From assembly GCA_965208615.1 (NCBI GenBank), contig CBDBPB010000004.1, forward strand, positions 541,234-605,233: a stretch of DNA of 64,000 bases, in the 5' to 3' direction. This stretch comes from Spirochaetota bacterium. GTDB lineage: Bacteria; Spirochaetota; UBA6919; CBDBPB01. The notes below the pieces were generated by a model. It worked only from the letters and a program-made list of their open reading frames with translations. It ran no database searches and was not told the DNA's origin. This document shows positions 61,741 through 64,000 of this stretch, piece by piece. Both the position numbers and the translations under genes were made by a program. Positions within the stretch are counted from its first letter, which is position 1. Every line of letters begins with the position of its first letter.

Positions 61741-62310
61741 GCTAAAAAAAACAATATTTTAGTAACTTTAGCTTTATTAACAGGATGCGGAGAGGATGAT
61801 ATATCCTGTGAGGCTCTGGGTAATTGTGATGAAACTGGTACAGCAATAAGTAAAACCTGTAAGATAACAAAAGATACGGATACTCATACAGGCGTTGTTA
61901 CTTGTGAGAAAACTACTAAAACTGAATGTGATACTGATAAAGGTGAGTGGGGCGTACAATGTACTAAATCTGATGGTACAAAAATGCCAACACCACTAGA
62001 ACTCGAAGCAGTTAAATGGCTTGATAGTAAAAGTATTTATACATCTTATGAAAAGATTCCCACCTTATTGTACCTTAATCTTTCTGGTAGAGTAAAAACT
62101 CAAGATGACCGTATTAAACTTACTAAGTATATTGGTCTTTTTACAGGGTTGCATCTACTTTATTTAAATAAAAATCAGCTAAGGTCATTACCAAAAGAGA
62201 TTGGCAACTTAACAAACTTGGAGTGGCTTGATTTAGATAATAATCCTATTTCTGAAAATGAGAAAAATAGGATAAAAACCCTTTTACCTAATACTAATAT
62301 TAGCTTTTAA
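61741..62310 (+). CDS. Cys-rich leucine-rich-repeat lipoprotein lacking an ATG for its leader (possible pseudogene)
   Basis: Frame open from 61741: AKKNNILVTLALLTG-C GEDDISC...; C-terminal LYLNKNQLRSLPKEIGNLTNLEWLDLDNNPI. Confidence 0.65.
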   Translation, partial: AKKNNILVTLALLTGCGEDDISCEALGNCDETGTAISKTCKITKDTDTHTGVVTCEKTTKTECDTDKGEWGVQCTKSDGTKMPTPLELEAVKWLDSKSIYTSYEKIPTLLYLNLSGRVKTQDDRIKLTKYIGLFTGLHLLYLNKNQLRSLPKEIGNLTNLEWLDLDNNPISENEKNRIKTLLPNTNISF

Positions 62311-62324
62311 TTAATAATGTTTAG

Positions 62325-62342
62325 TCCCCCTTATTAGGGGGA
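62325..62342. terminator. hairpin downstream of the LRR gene
   Basis: TCCCCCT-TATT-AGGGGGA. Confidence 0.6.
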
Positions 62343-62543
62343 TTATCCTTTTGGAGGCTTAATGCTATATATATAGGTATTATTTAGCTTGATGTATAAT
62401 AATATTAATTTACGCTATTTTAAGAATCCAACCATCCCTTTATCCTTACTCTATATAACGGCTTTCTAACCTAAGTAAACCTATACCAAAATACCTTCTT
62501 ATTATCTTTATTAGAACCTTTCTAACTTATACCACTTTATCAT

Positions 62544-62569
62544 AAAAAAAGAGGAGCTATGCTCCCCTT
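62544..62569 (-). terminator. Rho-independent terminator of Pmp-like gene 3
   Basis: Identical to 47309-47334. Confidence 0.75.
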
Positions 62570-62595
62570 AATTTTAACTGACTAAATAAATATAC

Positions 62596-64000
62596 TTATT
62601 GGACTGGGCCTGACTCAAGGTTTGACTTTACAAGTTTATATGTATTATCCACTTTGACGACCTTTTTATTTTCATCATTACCTATTCCATAGGTTGGTGT
62701 GCCTATTATTCTTGAGTCAGGACCATATCTAGAACCAACAACATTATAAATAGCCCCGCCTTCGCCTATTTGGCTATTAGCAACACTACCAGCAATGTTT
62801 TTATTAAAAATCACCGTATTATCTAAAATGGGAGAGCTATTATCCCAATTAAAACATGCCCCCTCCATTCCTTGTAGCCGTATTATTAGTAAACTTCACA
62901 TTTGTTAAAGTGGGAGAGCTATTATTATCATTAACCATGCCCCCTCCGTAATATGTAGCCGTATTACTCTCAAAAGTCACATTTTCTAAAGTAGGAGAGC
63001 TATTATAAAAATTAGACATGCCCCCCTCCGCCCCTAGTAGCCGTATTACTCTCAAAAGTCACATTTGTTAAAGTGGGAGAGCTATTATCATTAAACATGC
63101 CCCCTCCCTCTTTGGCCGTATTATTAGTAAACTTCACATTTGTTAAAGTGGGAGAGCTATTATTATCATTAACCATGCCCCCTCCGTAATATGTAGCCGT
63201 ATTATTAGTAAACTTCACATTTGTTAAAGTGGGAGAGCTATTATTATTATGCATGCCCCCTCCGTATGCAGCCGTATTATTAGTAAACTCCACATCTTTT
63301 AAAGTAGGAGAGCTATTATTATTATACATGCCCCCCCCCTCCGCTCCAATTAGCCGTATTACTAGTAAACTTCACATTTGTTAAAGTGGGAGAGCTATTA
63401 TTATCATTAGACATGCCCCCTCCGTAATATGTAGCCGTGTTACTATTAAACTCCACATTTGTTAAAATGGGAGAGCTATTATTATTATTAAACATGCCCC
63501 CCCCCTCCTCCTCCGGCCGTGTTATTACTGATAGATTTATTACCAGTAAAATAACTATCCATTAACTTTGGAGAACTATTATCATTATACATAGCCCCTC
63601 CATTCTTTGTAGCCGTATTATTATTAAATCTAGAATTGACTATCTTTGGAGAGCTTTTATTAGCATTATACATTCCCCCACCGTTTTTAGCATTATTATC
63701 CTTAAAATTAACGCTTATTAAATTTGAAGTGCTATTACTGTTATAAATAGCTCCACCACTATTTTTAGCCTCATTACCCTCAAAGTTAATGCTTATCAAA
63801 CTTGGAGAGCTATTATCATTATACATACCCCCTCCACTGCCCTTATTAGCACCATCAGCCTTGCCCTTAGTAATAGTAAAGTACTTCAACTTTGAAGTTT
63901 TATTTAAACCCTTATTATAAAAAACATTAAGTACCCTTGTATTACCAAGATCACCAGTTAAAATAGTCTTAGTAGGATCCTTATCCCGTTTATCGCTGTT
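62596..64000 (-). pseudogene. Pmp-like beta-helix repeat gene, paralog 3, split by four +1 frameshifts (5' end outside the window)
   Basis: Continuous repeat array; frame breaks at G9 (63497-63505), G9 (63331-63339), G6 (63021-63026) and T4 (62851-62854). Confidence 0.8.

Noticed and set aside
61777-61959. 60-aa minus-strand ORF
   Set aside because: Antisense to the Cys-rich N-terminus of the LRR lipoprotein frame

Overview
AT-rich bacterial chromosome segment, most likely a spirochaete (inferred from the long ~900-aa GreA, a cNMP-TPR-cNMP regulator, the bactofilin/M23/YaaR/PSP1 cluster and spirochaete-like lipoprotein leaders). Most of it is housekeeping and metabolic genes: a CysM-JAMM-sulfur carrier-MoeZ operon, lon, recF, bioF, tRNA-Val(GAC), cheW, hppA, greA, alpha-2-macroglobulin/pbpC, folK, gatB, an alpha-carbonic anhydrase, an O2-tolerant-type [NiFe]-hydrogenase operon, a UbiA/DprE1/DprE2-like arabinofuranose pathway and lutABC. 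The most unusual signal is a ~430-470 bp non-coding element present four times (about 18410-18843 +, 48594-49040 +, 53551-54009 -, 60938-61407 -). Its copies keep nested long-range helices through compensatory and G.U changes on one strand, which makes it a candidate undescribed multicopy structured RNA or mobile element. Two copies sit directly behind decayed 3' ends of a family of Pmp-like beta-helix repeat genes. Three such genes are in the window: two intact and mosaic, one broken at homopolymer runs. The other two copies bracket the hydrogenase operon in inverted orientation.
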